From contig CAWBKP010000019.1 in NCBI GenBank assembly GCA_963789395.1, forward strand, positions 96,001 to 160,000: a DNA stretch of 64,000 nt, read 5' to 3'. The notes under the pieces were generated by a model. The model was given only the letters and a program-made list of their open reading frames with translations, had not been told where the DNA came from and did not search any database. Of this stretch, positions 1 to 10,739 are shown in pieces. Position numbers and translations under genes: made by a program. Source of the stretch: an uncultured delta proteobacterium (GTDB lineage: Bacteria; Desulfobacterota; Desulfobacteria; Desulfobacterales; Desulfatirhabdiaceae). Each line of letters opens with the position of its first letter. Position 1 is the first letter of the stretch.

Positions 1-850
1 GATTGCCAAAGCCATTCACGAGCATTCCTATCGAAAAGACAAGCCGTTTGTCCAGATCAACTGCGGTGCGATTCCGGAAAATCTGCTGGAAAGTGAACTT
101 TTCGGACATGTGAAAGGCGCTTTTACCGGAGCCGTGTCAGCCAAGCCCGGAAAATTTGAGATTGCCAATGGCGGAACCATTTTTCTGGATGAGATCGGGG
201 ATATGAGTCACGATCTTCAGGTGAAGCTGCTGAAGGTTCTTGAAGAGAGTGAATTTGAACGCGTCGGTGGTTGTCAGACCATCAAAACGGATGTCCGGAT
301 TATTGCTGCAACGCACCGGGATCTGGATGCGGCAGTAGAAAACGGGACATTTCGAGAAGATCTGTATTACCGGCTGGTTGTCATTCCCTTGACCCTTCCG
401 CCGCTGAGAGATCGAAAAGACGATATTCCGCTTCTCATCACCCATTTTCTGGAGCAGCTGAATCAGAAAAAACATACCCAGGTTTCAGGGGTTTCTGAAA
501 AAGCCATGGCATTGATGATCGCACATTCGTGGCCAGGGAATGTCCGGGAGCTGAAAAACATGATGGAACGGCTGGTCGTTCTCACCCGGGATGGGGACAT
601 CTATCCCAGGGATCTGCCGCAAAAACTGAGAACAGCAGTTTCGGAAGCCTCTACCATTCCGGAAGTGGAAGTGCCATGCGAGGGGATGTGCCTCAGCACG
701 GCTGTCAGTGATTTTGAAAAATCCCTGATTTCCCAGTCCATGAAAATCGCAAACGGTGTCAAGAAAAATGCCGCCAAACTGCTCAACATCAAACGCACCA
801 CCCTGATTGAAAAAATCAAACGCCATAACCTTGAAGAAAGTTTTGCCTAA
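1..850 (+). CDS. fleQ: Sigma54-dependent enhancer-binding protein, FleQ/FlrA-like flagellar master regulator (5' truncated by window)
   Basis: Frame open from position 2: [45 protein letters not shown]-terminal HTH ending [11 protein letters not shown]. Lies directly upstream of flgB. Confidence 0.8.
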   Translation, partial: IAKAIHEHSYRKDKPFVQINCGAIPENLLESELFGHVKGAFTGAVSAKPGKFEIANGGTIFLDEIGDMSHDLQVKLLKVLEESEFERVGGCQTIKTDVRIIAATHRDLDAAVENGTFREDLYYRLVVIPLTLPPLRDRKDDIPLLITHFLEQLNQKKHTQVSGVSEKAMALMIAHSWPGNVRELKNMMERLVVLTRDGDIYPRDLPQKLRTAVSEASTIPEVEVPCEGMCLSTAVSDFEKSLISQSMKIANGVKKNAAKLLNIKRTTLIEKIKRHNLEESFA

Positions 851-906
851 ACTCCGTGTTTTTCGCTGTGCCCGAAAGTGTGTTTTGTTCATGAGTCCTC
901 CCCCTC

Positions 907-937
907 AATCCCCCTGAAAATGGGGGATTTTTATTTT
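907..937 (+). terminator. Rho-independent terminator after the sigma54 activator gene
   Basis: Hairpin AATCCCCC-tgaaaat-GGGGGATT followed by TTTATTTT. Confidence 0.7.
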
Positions 938-990
938 AGCAATCCCAAAACCCCTCCCGCCTAAAGGACGAAATGCTTCAATCGTCTCTT

Positions 991-1004
991 GTCAACGATA
1001 TGAC
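991..1004. promoter_or_regulatory. Putative FleQ-type enhancer box GTCAACGATATGAC
   Basis: 14-bp GTCA-N6-TGAC palindrome about 100 bp upstream of the flgB sigma54 promoter; resembles the Pseudomonas FleQ box. Confidence 0.55.
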
Positions 1005-1102
1005 ACGGATCGAAGGAAACGTTTCAATCCAGCCCGTCTGAATAGTCCAACAGCCTGAAATTATCCAATGATTCCAGCTAATTTAAACTAATTGTATTTA
1101 TC

Positions 1103-1118
1103 TGGTATGAATATTGCT
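1103..1118 (+). promoter_or_regulatory. Sigma54 (-24/-12) promoter of the flgB operon
   Basis: TGGTATGAATATTGCT, GG-N10-GC spacing, 36 nt before the flgB ATG. Confidence 0.8.
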
Positions 1119-1154
1119 TAATTCGTTGTGAACTTTAAAGAGAAAGGAGATCGC

Positions 1155-1574
1155 ATGGAATCACAGGGATTATTTAATCAGACTTTTTCGGTTCTGGAAA
1201 AAAGCATGAATCTGCGTTCTCAAAAGCACAACCTGCTGGTTTCCAATATCGCCAATATGGATACGCCCAATTACAAGGCGTTTGACATTATGGTGGAAGA
1301 GGAGATGGGAAAAACATCGGGTGAGGCAAAGCTGCCGATGACCCGGACACAACCGGCGCATATCCCCCTGGCTGGCATGGCGGGTCCGGATGCTCCGGAG
1401 ATCAGGCCGGTTGAAAAGTCCCAATATGATTTTCACACTGATGGAAATACCGTTGACATTGACAGAACCATGTTCAATCTGTCGGAAAATGGCCTGCTGT
1501 ATAATGCTTCGGCGCAGATGATCTCAAAGAAATTTCAATTATTGACAAACGCCATCAATGGAACTGTGAGGTAA
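1155..1574 (+). CDS. flgB: Flagellar basal-body rod protein FlgB
   Basis: SNIANMDTPNYKAFD and DGNTVDID motifs; AGGAG RBS before ATG 1155. Confidence 0.95.
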   Translation: MESQGLFNQTFSVLEKSMNLRSQKHNLLVSNIANMDTPNYKAFDIMVEEEMGKTSGEAKLPMTRTQPAHIPLAGMAGPDAPEIRPVEKSQYDFHTDGNTVDIDRTMFNLSENGLLYNASAQMISKKFQLLTNAINGTVR

Positions 1575-1576
1575 AT

Positions 1577-2014
1577 ATGAATTTTTTTGATTCAATGCAG
1601 ACCAGCGCATCGGGATTGTCGGCTCAGCGACTGAGAATGAATCTGACTTCCAACAACCTGGCCAATACGAATACAACGCGAACCGAACAGGGCGGGCCGT
1701 ATCAGCGAAAAGAGCCCGTGTTTGCAGCTACACCCGTCCAGGGCACTTTCGGTGAGATGTTGAATGCAGAGATGGGGGGCAGTCCTACAGAAGTGAATGT
1801 GGTAAATGTCGTCAACGATGCACGGGAACCACTTATGAAATATGATCCCTTGCACCCGGATGCAAATTCACAGGGCTTTGTTTCCATGCCAAACATCAAT
1901 ATGATGGAGGAGATGGTGAATATGATGACTGCTTCACGGAGTTACGAAGCCAATGTTACCGCCATATCTACATCAAAAAACATGGTGCTGAAAGCGCTTG
2001 AAATAGGACGGTAA
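1577..2014 (+). CDS. flgC: Flagellar basal-body rod protein FlgC
   Basis: SASGLSAQRLRMN..NNLAN, GGPYQRK, YDPLHPDA, ASRSYEAN. Confidence 0.97.
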   Translation: MNFFDSMQTSASGLSAQRLRMNLTSNNLANTNTTRTEQGGPYQRKEPVFAATPVQGTFGEMLNAEMGGSPTEVNVVNVVNDAREPLMKYDPLHPDANSQGFVSMPNINMMEEMVNMMTASRSYEANVTAISTSKNMVLKALEIGR

Positions 2015-2015
2015 T

Positions 2016-2318
2016 ATGGATCCAGTTCAAATTTACAAGACACAGTCCTTTCCGGCGATGCCGGCAGCCGGTGGTCCGGTCACGGAAAAAGTTCAGGGGC
2101 AATCCTTCGGAGAGATGTTAAAGAGCCATTTGACTGAAGTCAATCACATACAGACTTCAGCCGATATTGCGGTCCAGAAGCTGGCATCCGGCCAGGATAA
2201 AGACATTCATAATACCATGATTGCCATGGAAAAAGCGAGTGTGGCATTTCAGCTGACCATGCAGGTTCGAAACAAAATGCTTGAGGCGTATCAGGAAATC
2301 ATGCGGATGCAGGTATAA
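2016..2318 (+). CDS. fliE: Flagellar hook-basal body protein FliE
   Basis: DIHNTMIAMEKA..QVRNKMLEAYQEIMRMQV. Confidence 0.97.
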   Translation: MDPVQIYKTQSFPAMPAAGGPVTEKVQGQSFGEMLKSHLTEVNHIQTSADIAVQKLASGQDKDIHNTMIAMEKASVAFQLTMQVRNKMLEAYQEIMRMQV

Positions 2319-2339
2319 CATACAAAAGGATACGTATCC

Positions 2340-3932
2340 ATGCAGCTACCAGTGGCAATAGAGCAGTTTAAAGCCGTTTATACCGGGTTGAATCCGGTCA
2401 GGAAATTCACGTTGTTTTTACTGATCGGGGGGGTGATCGCCGGATTTGCCCTGATTGTTGTCCTGAGTGGAAGGCCCGACTACCAGATTTTGTTCTCCGG
2501 GCTTTCCGCGGAGGATTCCGGCGCCATGATCACGCAGCTTAAAGCTAAAAAAATTCCCTATCGCATTTCGTCCAATGGCGGGGCGATCCTGGTTCCAAAA
2601 GATGTCGTCTATGAAACCCGTATGGAACTGGCCTCCCAGGGACTTCCACAGGGAGGCGGCGTGGGGTTTGAAATATTCGACAACTCTAAACTGGGAATGA
2701 CCGAATTCGTTCAGAACGTCAATTATCAGAGGGCTATCCAGGGCGAGCTTTCCAGAACCATTAACCGGTTTGAAGAAATAGAAAGTTCACGGGTTCATCT
2801 CGTCATGCCCCCCAAATCTTTGTTCGTCGAAAATGAAGAGCCGGCCAGGGCTTCTGTCGTCGTCAAGCTTCGCTCTGCAAAAACGCTGAGTGCGGATCAG
2901 GTCCAAGGGATCGTTCACCTGATTTCGGCAAGTGTTTCCGGGCTGAAACCGGAAAATGTCACCATCGTGGACAGCATGGGGAATCAGATCGGCGGCCAGG
3001 CGCCGAAAAGTGATTTTGACAGCGCCAGAACTGATCAAATGGCCTATCAGGAAAAGGTTGAACGGTCTCTGGAGAGCCGGGTAAAAACAATGCTCGAAAA
3101 GGCACTGGGTCCGAACAAGGCTATTGTCAGACTGACAAGCAACATGGATTTTAAAAAACAGGAAAGAACTGAAGAACGGTATTACCCGGATAACAAAGTG
3201 GTGCGGAGCGAACAGATATCGAATGAATCTTCCGTGAAAGCTGAAACTAAGGCGATAGGGGTTCCGGGAACAACAGCCGCTGCGGCAAACAAAACCCAGC
3301 AGGAAAACGATGGCGGCGCGGGATTTCAAAAGAATCATCAGACCGCCAATTACGAAATCGGAAAAACGACCAGTCACACCATTGACCCCATTGGCCAGAT
3401 TTCCAATATTTCCGTGGCTGTTCTGGTGGATGGGTCCTATAAGACGGTAACCGGAGAAGACGGAAAAACGAAAGTCGAGTATCTGCCCCGAACGCAGGAA
3501 GAAATCACCAAAATCAAGACCATCGTTATGCGTGCCGTCAATTATACGGCTTCAAGAGGGGATGAGATCGAAGTCGTCAATATGCCATTCGAAAATGCCG
3601 AGCCTGTGGATGTCCCAGCGGGTGTGGAAAACAATGGCTGGATTTCCAGACTGATGCAGTACTCGGTTTATATCAAGTATGTTTTCTCAGTGGTATTTAT
3701 GCTCTTGACCTTTATCTTTGTCATCCGGCCGATCATACAATGGTTGACTGCCGAGAAGCCAAGGGATGCGCAGCTGATAGGTCAGCTTCCCAGAACGGTA
3801 AGTGAAATCGAAAGGGAGGGATATGGCAAATCACCCGCGCCGCTGCGCATTAGCAACCAGCTTTCGCAACTGGCGATGGCAGACAATCAGGCTTTTGTTG
3901 AAGTGCTGCGGGAATGGATGAAGCAAAACTGA
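2340..3932 (+). CDS. fliF: Flagellar MS-ring protein FliF
   Basis: GFEIFD, NYQRAIQGELSRTI, ASVVV; two TM segments. Confidence 0.97.
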   Translation: MQLPVAIEQFKAVYTGLNPVRKFTLFLLIGGVIAGFALIVVLSGRPDYQILFSGLSAEDSGAMITQLKAKKIPYRISSNGGAILVPKDVVYETRMELASQGLPQGGGVGFEIFDNSKLGMTEFVQNVNYQRAIQGELSRTINRFEEIESSRVHLVMPPKSLFVENEEPARASVVVKLRSAKTLSADQVQGIVHLISASVSGLKPENVTIVDSMGNQIGGQAPKSDFDSARTDQMAYQEKVERSLESRVKTMLEKALGPNKAIVRLTSNMDFKKQERTEERYYPDNKVVRSEQISNESSVKAETKAIGVPGTTAAAANKTQQENDGGAGFQKNHQTANYEIGKTTSHTIDPIGQISNISVAVLVDGSYKTVTGEDGKTKVEYLPRTQEEITKIKTIVMRAVNYTASRGDEIEVVNMPFENAEPVDVPAGVENNGWISRLMQYSVYIKYVFSVVFMLLTFIFVIRPIIQWLTAEKPRDAQLIGQLPRTVSEIEREGYGKSPAPLRISNQLSQLAMADNQAFVEVLREWMKQN

Positions 3933-3994
3933 TAAAAAAGGTGTCATCTGACCACTTTTCATCAATCATCAAAAAGGCTTAATACGATCAGACT

Positions 3995-5005
3995 ATGGAT
4001 ACGACTCATTTATCAGGTGCATTGAAAGTTGCGGTACTCATTCATTCGATGGGGGAAAAAAATTCCAAGGATATTCTGAGTCGAATGGGAGAAGCAGAAA
4101 GAAAACTTGTGCAGCAGAATATGTCTCAGATTGGTTCCATCTCACAGGAAGTGCTGGATAAAATTACTCATGAATTTTCGGTGCTGGCAGAAAAGATCAC
4201 TAAATTGCGCCAATCCGGGAAGCAGGTTCAATCCTCCCTCTCAGCGGTGGCCGCTCTTCAGGAAACGACTCCGAACGAACCTGAACCGGAGCCTGAAGCA
4301 GCCGATGAAGCAGCCTGTTTAGATGCCCTTCAATCCATTGATCCGGATCAGCTTGTCGAAATGATAAAGGATGAACATCCGCAAACCATTGCGGTAATTA
4401 TCGTTCATCTTACGCCGGAGTCAGGAAGCACCGTACTGTCCAAGCTGCCGGATAATCTGAAGGTTGAAGTCGCCATGAGAATCGCCAGGCTGGATAAGGT
4501 GTTATCCGGAATGGTCGTTGAGATAGGTCGTGTGTTTGAAGAGCTCATGAAAAAGAAAAAAACTTCAGTCACGCATAAAACAGGCGGCGTCACTCATCTT
4601 GCCGAGTTGCTGAATATGGTGGAAGGGTCCATTGGAGAGCAGTTATTAAATGAAATTGAAGAAGCCAATCCGGACCTTGCAGCCCAGATCAAGCAGATGA
4701 TGTTTGTCTTTGAAGACCTGGTTCTGGTGGATGACAAGGGAATGCAGAAGGTGCTTCGCCGGGTTGAGACGTCAAAACTGTCTCTGGCCCTTAAAGGCGC
4801 TTCTGAAGAAGTCAAACAGAAAATATTCAAAAACATGTCGGAACGGGCCGGTGTGATGCTGAAAGAAGAAATCGAGTCGATCGGCGCGGTTCGCATGAGA
4901 GATGTTGAAGAAGCCCAGCAAACCATCACCAGAATCATTCAGGAACTGGAAGCCAAAAGCGAAATCGTCATCAATGGCAGAAAAGGAGGCGATTATATTG
5001 TATAA
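3995..5005 (+). CDS. fliG: Flagellar motor switch protein FliG
   Basis: EHPQ, MFVFEDL, NMSERA..DVEEAQ. Confidence 0.95.
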   Translation: MDTTHLSGALKVAVLIHSMGEKNSKDILSRMGEAERKLVQQNMSQIGSISQEVLDKITHEFSVLAEKITKLRQSGKQVQSSLSAVAALQETTPNEPEPEPEAADEAACLDALQSIDPDQLVEMIKDEHPQTIAVIIVHLTPESGSTVLSKLPDNLKVEVAMRIARLDKVLSGMVVEIGRVFEELMKKKKTSVTHKTGGVTHLAELLNMVEGSIGEQLLNEIEEANPDLAAQIKQMMFVFEDLVLVDDKGMQKVLRRVETSKLSLALKGASEEVKQKIFKNMSERAGVMLKEEIESIGAVRMRDVEEAQQTITRIIQELEAKSEIVINGRKGGDYIV

Positions 5006-5776
5006 AATCATAAAACCCCGAAGTCTTTTTTCATGTGATGCCGGTCAGACCTACTGTTTTCCGAATATTTTCAAAGAGGTGGGACTGATGGATGAAACCG
5101 ATTCAAAAGAAACCTGTTCATCCTTTCAGCGCAATTTTGTAGATGTCTCATCGGGTCTGCCGGGAGAGTCGTCAAGCGGAAAGTTCATAAAGGCAGGGTT
5201 GAAAGAACGAAAAATGATGCAAGAAATGGTTCAGGAATCGCAGCAAAAAGAAGCTGAAGCCTACCAAAAGGGAATCCAGGACGGTCATAAGGACGGCTTC
5301 AAGGCCGGGATTCACTGAAGGATTAAAAGAAATCGAGAAAATGCTTCATTCACTTCAGTTGGCAATGCAGGAGATCAAAAAACTCCGAAAAGAGCTTTGC
5401 CTGAAAGCTGAGAAGGAGACTGTCAGTCTGAGCCTTGCCATAGCCAGAAAAATCCTGCTGCAGGAACCTGCAACGAACCCAAGGGTCATTGCAGGGGTTG
5501 TGAAAAAGACATTTGAAACCATTGCCATCAATGCGCCCGTGCGCATCCGGATCAATCCTTCCGAACTGGCCTATATGAGGGAGCGTCGGCATTTGATTCC
5601 CATTGAAGGGAGAGGTGACTTTCGTTGAAGATGCCTCCATTTCATGCGGCGGATGTATGGTGGAAAGTCTTTCAGGGGATGTTGACGCCCGGATTGAATC
5701 ACAGATCGAAATGATTGAGGAAGCTTTTTTGCCCGGACTGGAAAAGAACAGCCAGGAGTTAGCGGAATTATCCTGA
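4998..5776 (+). CDS. fliH: Flagellar assembly protein FliH (two apparent +1 frameshifts at ~5310 and ~5610)
   Basis: TTG start with AGGAGG RBS (LYKIIK); AYQKG/GxxxG repeats; RIRINP; GGCMVES..VDARIESQ, spread over three frames; between fliG and fliI. Confidence 0.88.
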
Positions 5777-7095
5777 TGAAGTCCTTTAATTTGAATGGTT
5801 ATCACCAGTTGCTGGATCAGGCTGACCTGATAAATGCGATTGGGAAAGTGACCAAGGTGGTCGGGCTGGTCACCGAATCCCTGGGGCCTTCTTCGCATCT
5901 GGGGAGTGTGTGTGATATTTATCCCCAGGGTTCAGGCAGAAAAGTGAAAGCGGAAGTCCTGGGTTTCAGGGACAATAAGGTTCTTCTAATGCCGCTTGAG
6001 GATATCCGGGGAATCAGTCCTGGCAGCCGGGTGGTTGCCGGAAAACAAAAAGCCTATATTCCGGTGGGCAGCAAGCTTCTGGGAAGGATTGTCGATGGGC
6101 TTGGAATGCCCATCGACGGGAAAGGGTCGATTTCCTATGACTGTGAATATCCCTTGTATGCCGAACCCATGAATCCGCTTTCCCGAAACCGGATTCATGA
6201 ACCCCTTGATATCGGCATTCGGGCCATCAATGGTCTGCTGACTGTCGGGTGCGGGCAGCGGGTGGGTATCTTTGCCGGTTCAGGCGTGGGAAAAAGCGTG
6301 CTGTTGGGAATGATTGCCCGCAAAACATCGGCTGATGTCAATGTGATTGCACTGATCGGGGAACGGGGCAGGGAAGTCAATGAATTTATCCAGAAAGAAC
6401 TTGGCGAAGAAGGGTTGAAACGATCGGTTATTGTCGTGGCGACATCGGACCACCTGCCCCTGATCCGGCTGAGGGCGGCATTTATTGCCACCACCATTGC
6501 CGAGTATTTTCGGGATCAGGGGCTCCATGTGAATCTGATGATGGATTCCGTGACACGTTTTGCAATGGCGCAAAGAGAGATCGGCCTTGCCCTGGGGGAG
6601 CCGCCTACGTCAAAAGGATATACCCCGTCTGTTTTTACCCTGCTTCCCAGGCTCCTGGAACGGGCGGGAACGTCGTCAAACTGTGGTACCATAACCGGTC
6701 TGTATACGGTGCTGGTCGAGGGAGATGACATGAACGAGCCGGTGGCGGATGCAGTCCGGTCCATACTGGACGGGCACATCGTCCTGACCCGTGACCTGGC
6801 CATGCAGAATCACTATCCGGCCATTGATATATTAAGAAGTATCAGCAGGGTCATGAGCGATATTGTTCCTTCGCATCACAAGGAGTGCGCGGGACTTTTC
6901 AAGTCGTTGCTGGCAACTTATCGAAAAGCAGAGGATTTAATCAACATTGGCGCCTATGTTCCGGGCAGCAACCCGAGGATAGATCAGGCCATCAGTATGA
7001 TAGACAATATCACCCGGTATCTTCAGCAGGGAATTGAGGACACGACCAGTTTTGAGGAAAGCGTTCAGCAACTGGAGAGCCTGTTTCAATCCTGA
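5776..7095 (+). CDS. fliI: Flagellum-specific ATPase FliI
   Basis: FAGSGVGKS Walker A, IGERGREV, DSVTRFAMAQRE. Confidence 0.97.
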   Translation: MKSFNLNGYHQLLDQADLINAIGKVTKVVGLVTESLGPSSHLGSVCDIYPQGSGRKVKAEVLGFRDNKVLLMPLEDIRGISPGSRVVAGKQKAYIPVGSKLLGRIVDGLGMPIDGKGSISYDCEYPLYAEPMNPLSRNRIHEPLDIGIRAINGLLTVGCGQRVGIFAGSGVGKSVLLGMIARKTSADVNVIALIGERGREVNEFIQKELGEEGLKRSVIVVATSDHLPLIRLRAAFIATTIAEYFRDQGLHVNLMMDSVTRFAMAQREIGLALGEPPTSKGYTPSVFTLLPRLLERAGTSSNCGTITGLYTVLVEGDDMNEPVADAVRSILDGHIVLTRDLAMQNHYPAIDILRSISRVMSDIVPSHHKECAGLFKSLLATYRKAEDLINIGAYVPGSNPRIDQAISMIDNITRYLQQGIEDTTSFEESVQQLESLFQS

Positions 7096-7165
7096 TAAAA
7101 ATGTACAGGAAATCTTTCGGTATCGTTTATTCATGATATGCATTTACAAGTTGATAAAGGGTTTT

Positions 7166-7613
7166 ATGTCCAGCTTTAAATTTGCACTTGAATCACTCCT
7201 GAATCACCGCCTTCATAACGAGGAGATCATTCAGAAAGAACTGGCGGTATGCGGGTGCAGGGTCAAGGATGAAAAAATGATTCTAACCGGGATTCAACAG
7301 GAGAAAGACAAAGCGGTTGCAGAAATTCATGCAAAAACAGTTGCGAGGAGTCGCCATTTCGGAACATATCCTTTACGCCAATTTTCTAGAAGGACTTGCC
7401 CGAAATCTGGCTGTCCAGCAAGAAAAAGTCAAAGAATCCGAAAATAAATATGCAAAAAAACGGGATGATCTGATTGAGGCGGTCAAAAAACGAAAAACCA
7501 TTGAAAATTTAAAAGAAAAAGGTTTGGCCGCCTACTCCAGAAAACTCCTGAAGCTGGATCAGGATTTTCTGGATGAAGTTGCGATCTGTCGTTTTCATAA
7601 CGAACCCTTTTAA
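7166..7613 (+). CDS. fliJ: Flagellar export protein FliJ (one frameshift at ~7335)
   Basis: FKFALESLL N-terminus, coiled coil, RKTIENLKEK..QDFLDE C-terminus; follows fliI. Confidence 0.85.
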
Positions 7614-7627
7614 TCAGGAATTTTGTC

Positions 7628-9939
7628 ATGATGCCAATCGAATATCAATGCCATCAGCCAATTCCGGCGGTTTGCTTTCCGGGACAGCCAGATCTCAGAG
7701 GATAAAAGACGGGTCTTTTGCCGGGCTGGGACAATTTGCGGATGATCCTGAAACGCGGCAGAAAAACTTTTTGTCACTACTTTCCCAGTTTGGCAGCTGA
7801 AGCACTCCATGATGTGCCAGAAGAATCCAAAAGCCCCCATCCAAAACCCGCCGGTGACCGGTTGCCGGACGAGGAGAAAGCAGACAATGCTCTGGCAGGA
7901 AAGCCAAAAGAAAAGCAAGGAAAGAAGGGCAGATGGTAATACTGTCAAACGATTACCACTGTCCTGCCCGGAAACGATGGCCTTGTCATGGAATTTTGTC
8001 CCTGCCGGATCCGCCGAAGTCCGACCGGTCGACACCGACTGCTTTTCATGACGCTGATTCGGAAAAGGAAGGGGAGGAAGCCTCTGGCTTAACCGCTGAG
8101 GAGTCACTTCCGGAAACAACAGCGAATAAGGGTTTGTCAGGCGAGTCCGGGTTCCAGGCAGGCAGTCCTTTGCCGACCCCGGCTCTTTCGGATTCTTACC
8201 GACAGTCGGCTGTTCCAGGTCCAGGGAACGGACAAAGATCCGAAACAGCGGTCTGAGCCATCAGCGGCTCCGGAGCCGGCCGCCTCTGTGGCCGGGAAGG
8301 TCCAGACAGTCGAGATCAAGCGGGCAAAAAAGTTTCCAGGACGGCGGCAGCCCGATGTGGAAAACATCCCAGGCCCGGATGTGTCAAACGCGGGCCGAGT
8401 CCGGGCTGTTCCGGACCAAGGACAGGCAACGCATCCTAGACCGCGGTCTGAGCCATCAGCGGCTCCGGAGCTGGTCGCCTCTGTGGCCGGGAAGGTCCAG
8501 ACAGTCGAGATCAAGGGGGCAAAAAAGTTTCCAGGACGGCGGCAGCCCGATGTGGAAAACGTCCCAGGCCCGGGTGTGTCAAAATCGGGCCGAGTCCGGG
8601 CTGTTCCGGACCAAGGACAGGCAACGCATCCTAGACCAGCGATCTGAGCCATCAGTGGCTCCGGAGCTGGTCGCCTCTGTGGCCGGGAAGGTCCAGACAG
8701 TCGAGATCAAGGGGGCAAAAAAGTTTCCAGGACGGCGGCAGCCCGATGTGGAAAACGTCCCAAGCCCGGGTGTGTCAAAATCGGGCCGAGTCCGGGCTGT
8801 TCCGGACCAAGGACAGGCAACGCATCCAGACCGCGATCTGAGCCATCAGCGGCTCCGGAGCCGATTGCATTCGTTGACGGACTGGCGGAAACTACTGATT
8901 TCAAGGAGTCGATACCGCTTCAGAGTTGGCGGGGGGCCGATGCGGAAAACGTCGCAGAGGCTGATCTGTCAGATGTGGTATGGGTCAAGCCTGTTCCGAT
9001 TGAGGGGAAGTCAAAGTTAAGCAGTCAGCAACCGGATCCATTGTCAATTCCGGATACGGTCAATTTCAAGCCGGTTGATAGAAAAAATCAGTCCAATGTG
9101 AAGGGGGATAGCGCAAAGACTTTCGACAAACAGCATGGCCAAGGTTGCGGCTGTCCCTGAAAAAGCGCCAACGGATCAGAAGGGTGATCCGGATAGTGCC
9201 CCATAATGTCAAGATGAAATCTACGATGTTTTATTCAGTCATAGATTCCATAGAAACTGAAGGAATCCCCACGGTTTCTGCCGGCACTTTGAATGCCGAT
9301 GGTAACGAAACGCCTGATTTGTTCATGGGTGCAAACCATCCGGAAAGCATCGCAAAAGATCCGGAAGACGCTCATTTTCTACCGCCGGATCCGGAATCCA
9401 AAGCGCTGGCAGTCAATTTTGCCAGGGAAGGTCAGGTGCAAATGACATCCGGAGTGAATCCTTCACAGAAGGGATCCAGGCTCGAAGTCCCGTCGTTTCA
9501 AACTGAAGTGCTGAATCAGATCGTGGAAAAAACGTCGGCCACTTTGAAATCTGGACAGTCTGAGATTCGAATCGATATAAAGCCAGAAACGCTGGGACAT
9601 CTCCGCCTGTCATGTATCACAGACCACCAGCAGGTGACTGTCAAAATTCTGGCGGAAAATCCCCTGGTCAAAGAGATGATCGAAAATCAGGCGGCGCTGA
9701 TCAAAAACGAGCTCCAGCATCAGGGCATCCATGTCAACACGGTAAAAGTGGATATGCTGATGTCCGGTGGATCGGATTTTGCATATTCACAGCATGAGGG
9801 CGCTGCATCCAGGCAGGCTCGGCATGAACCCGCGTACGGCAGTGGCAGGGACAATATCGGCGACAGCGTATTAAAAGAGCCGGATTTATTGGATCAGGCC
9901 AACAACAGAGGCGGTTCTCTTGTGAATTATTTTGCATAA
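7628..9939 (+). CDS. fliK: Flagellar hook-length control protein FliK, ~770 aa once multiple frameshifts are bridged
   Basis: C-terminal T3S4 domain ([32 protein letters not shown]) in ORF 9145-9939; long low-complexity N-terminal part split across frames; between fliJ and flgD. Confidence 0.82.
8248..9030 (+). repeat. ~195-bp (65-codon) tandem repeat inside fliK: three near-identical copies plus one diverged copy
   Basis: Unit gcggtctgagccatcagcggctccggag... starts at 8248, 8443, 8639 and 8833 (periods 195/196/194). The fourth copy diverges after ~30 nt but stays similar at protein level. Confidence 0.95.
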
Positions 9940-9994
9940 TAACTGTCAATACTATTTTTTGGCTTTAATCACGCCCGACAGAAGGGGGGCAACC

Positions 9995-10668
9995 ATGACT
10001 GTTTCTGCTATTGGCGCAGCCACATCGACGACAGACAATTTATACAGTTCAAATACTCAGACGATGGGTAAAGATGATTTCCTGAAGCTTCTGGTTACCC
10101 AGCTTCAAAACCAGGATCCCTTGAATCCCAGCGGACAGCACTGAGTTTATCTCGCAGCTTGCACAGTTCAGTTCACTGGAACAACTCACAAGTGTCAATG
10201 ACAATCTCAAAGATCGTCCAGTTGTTCGACCAATCTATCAATAATTCACAGGCAGTCAATTTTGTCGGTAAAATGGTCAAAGCCAGCGGCAGTATGTTTG
10301 AACTTGGTTCCGGGGAAACGCACGAGATACAGTTTCAATTGGGTGAAGATGCGGCTGCCGTTTATGTCAGAATTTACAATTCATCCGGTGAAATCATTAA
10401 AAAAATTGAAATGGATCAGATGGCTGCCGGTGAACAGAGCGTTGTCTGGAACGGTGAGGATGAAAATGGGAATTCAGTGTCTGCCGGAACCTATTCCTTC
10501 TCAGTTAAGGCGAATAACAAGGATGGGGAAGCCATGGACACGGCAGCCTATATCGAGGAACCCGTGACCGGGGTCAGCTATCATAACGGCAATACCTATC
10601 TGCTGGCAAAGGACATGGAAATTCCCTACTCGGCGATCATCGAGGTAACGGAGCCGGAAAAAAAATAG
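9995..10668 (+). CDS. flgD: Flagellar hook-capping protein FlgD (frameshifts at ~10130 and ~10210)
   Basis: [32 protein letters not shown], Ig-like [13 protein letters not shown]. Confidence 0.92.
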
Positions 10669-10739
10669 ACGGGAAAGCAGGCCAAAAGCTTTATTAATGG
10701 CAGGATTTATAATACACAACATCAAAGGAGGTAGTTCAT

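Noticed and set aside
8248..8860. CRISPR array or mobile-element repeats
   Set aside because: The units are contiguous ~195-bp coding repeats without unique spacers; no cas or transposase genes.
10698..10713. Sigma54 promoter before flgE (TGGCAGGATTTATAAT)
   Set aside because: The -24 element is present but the -12 GC is missing. Similarly weak sites before fliJ and flgK were also dropped.
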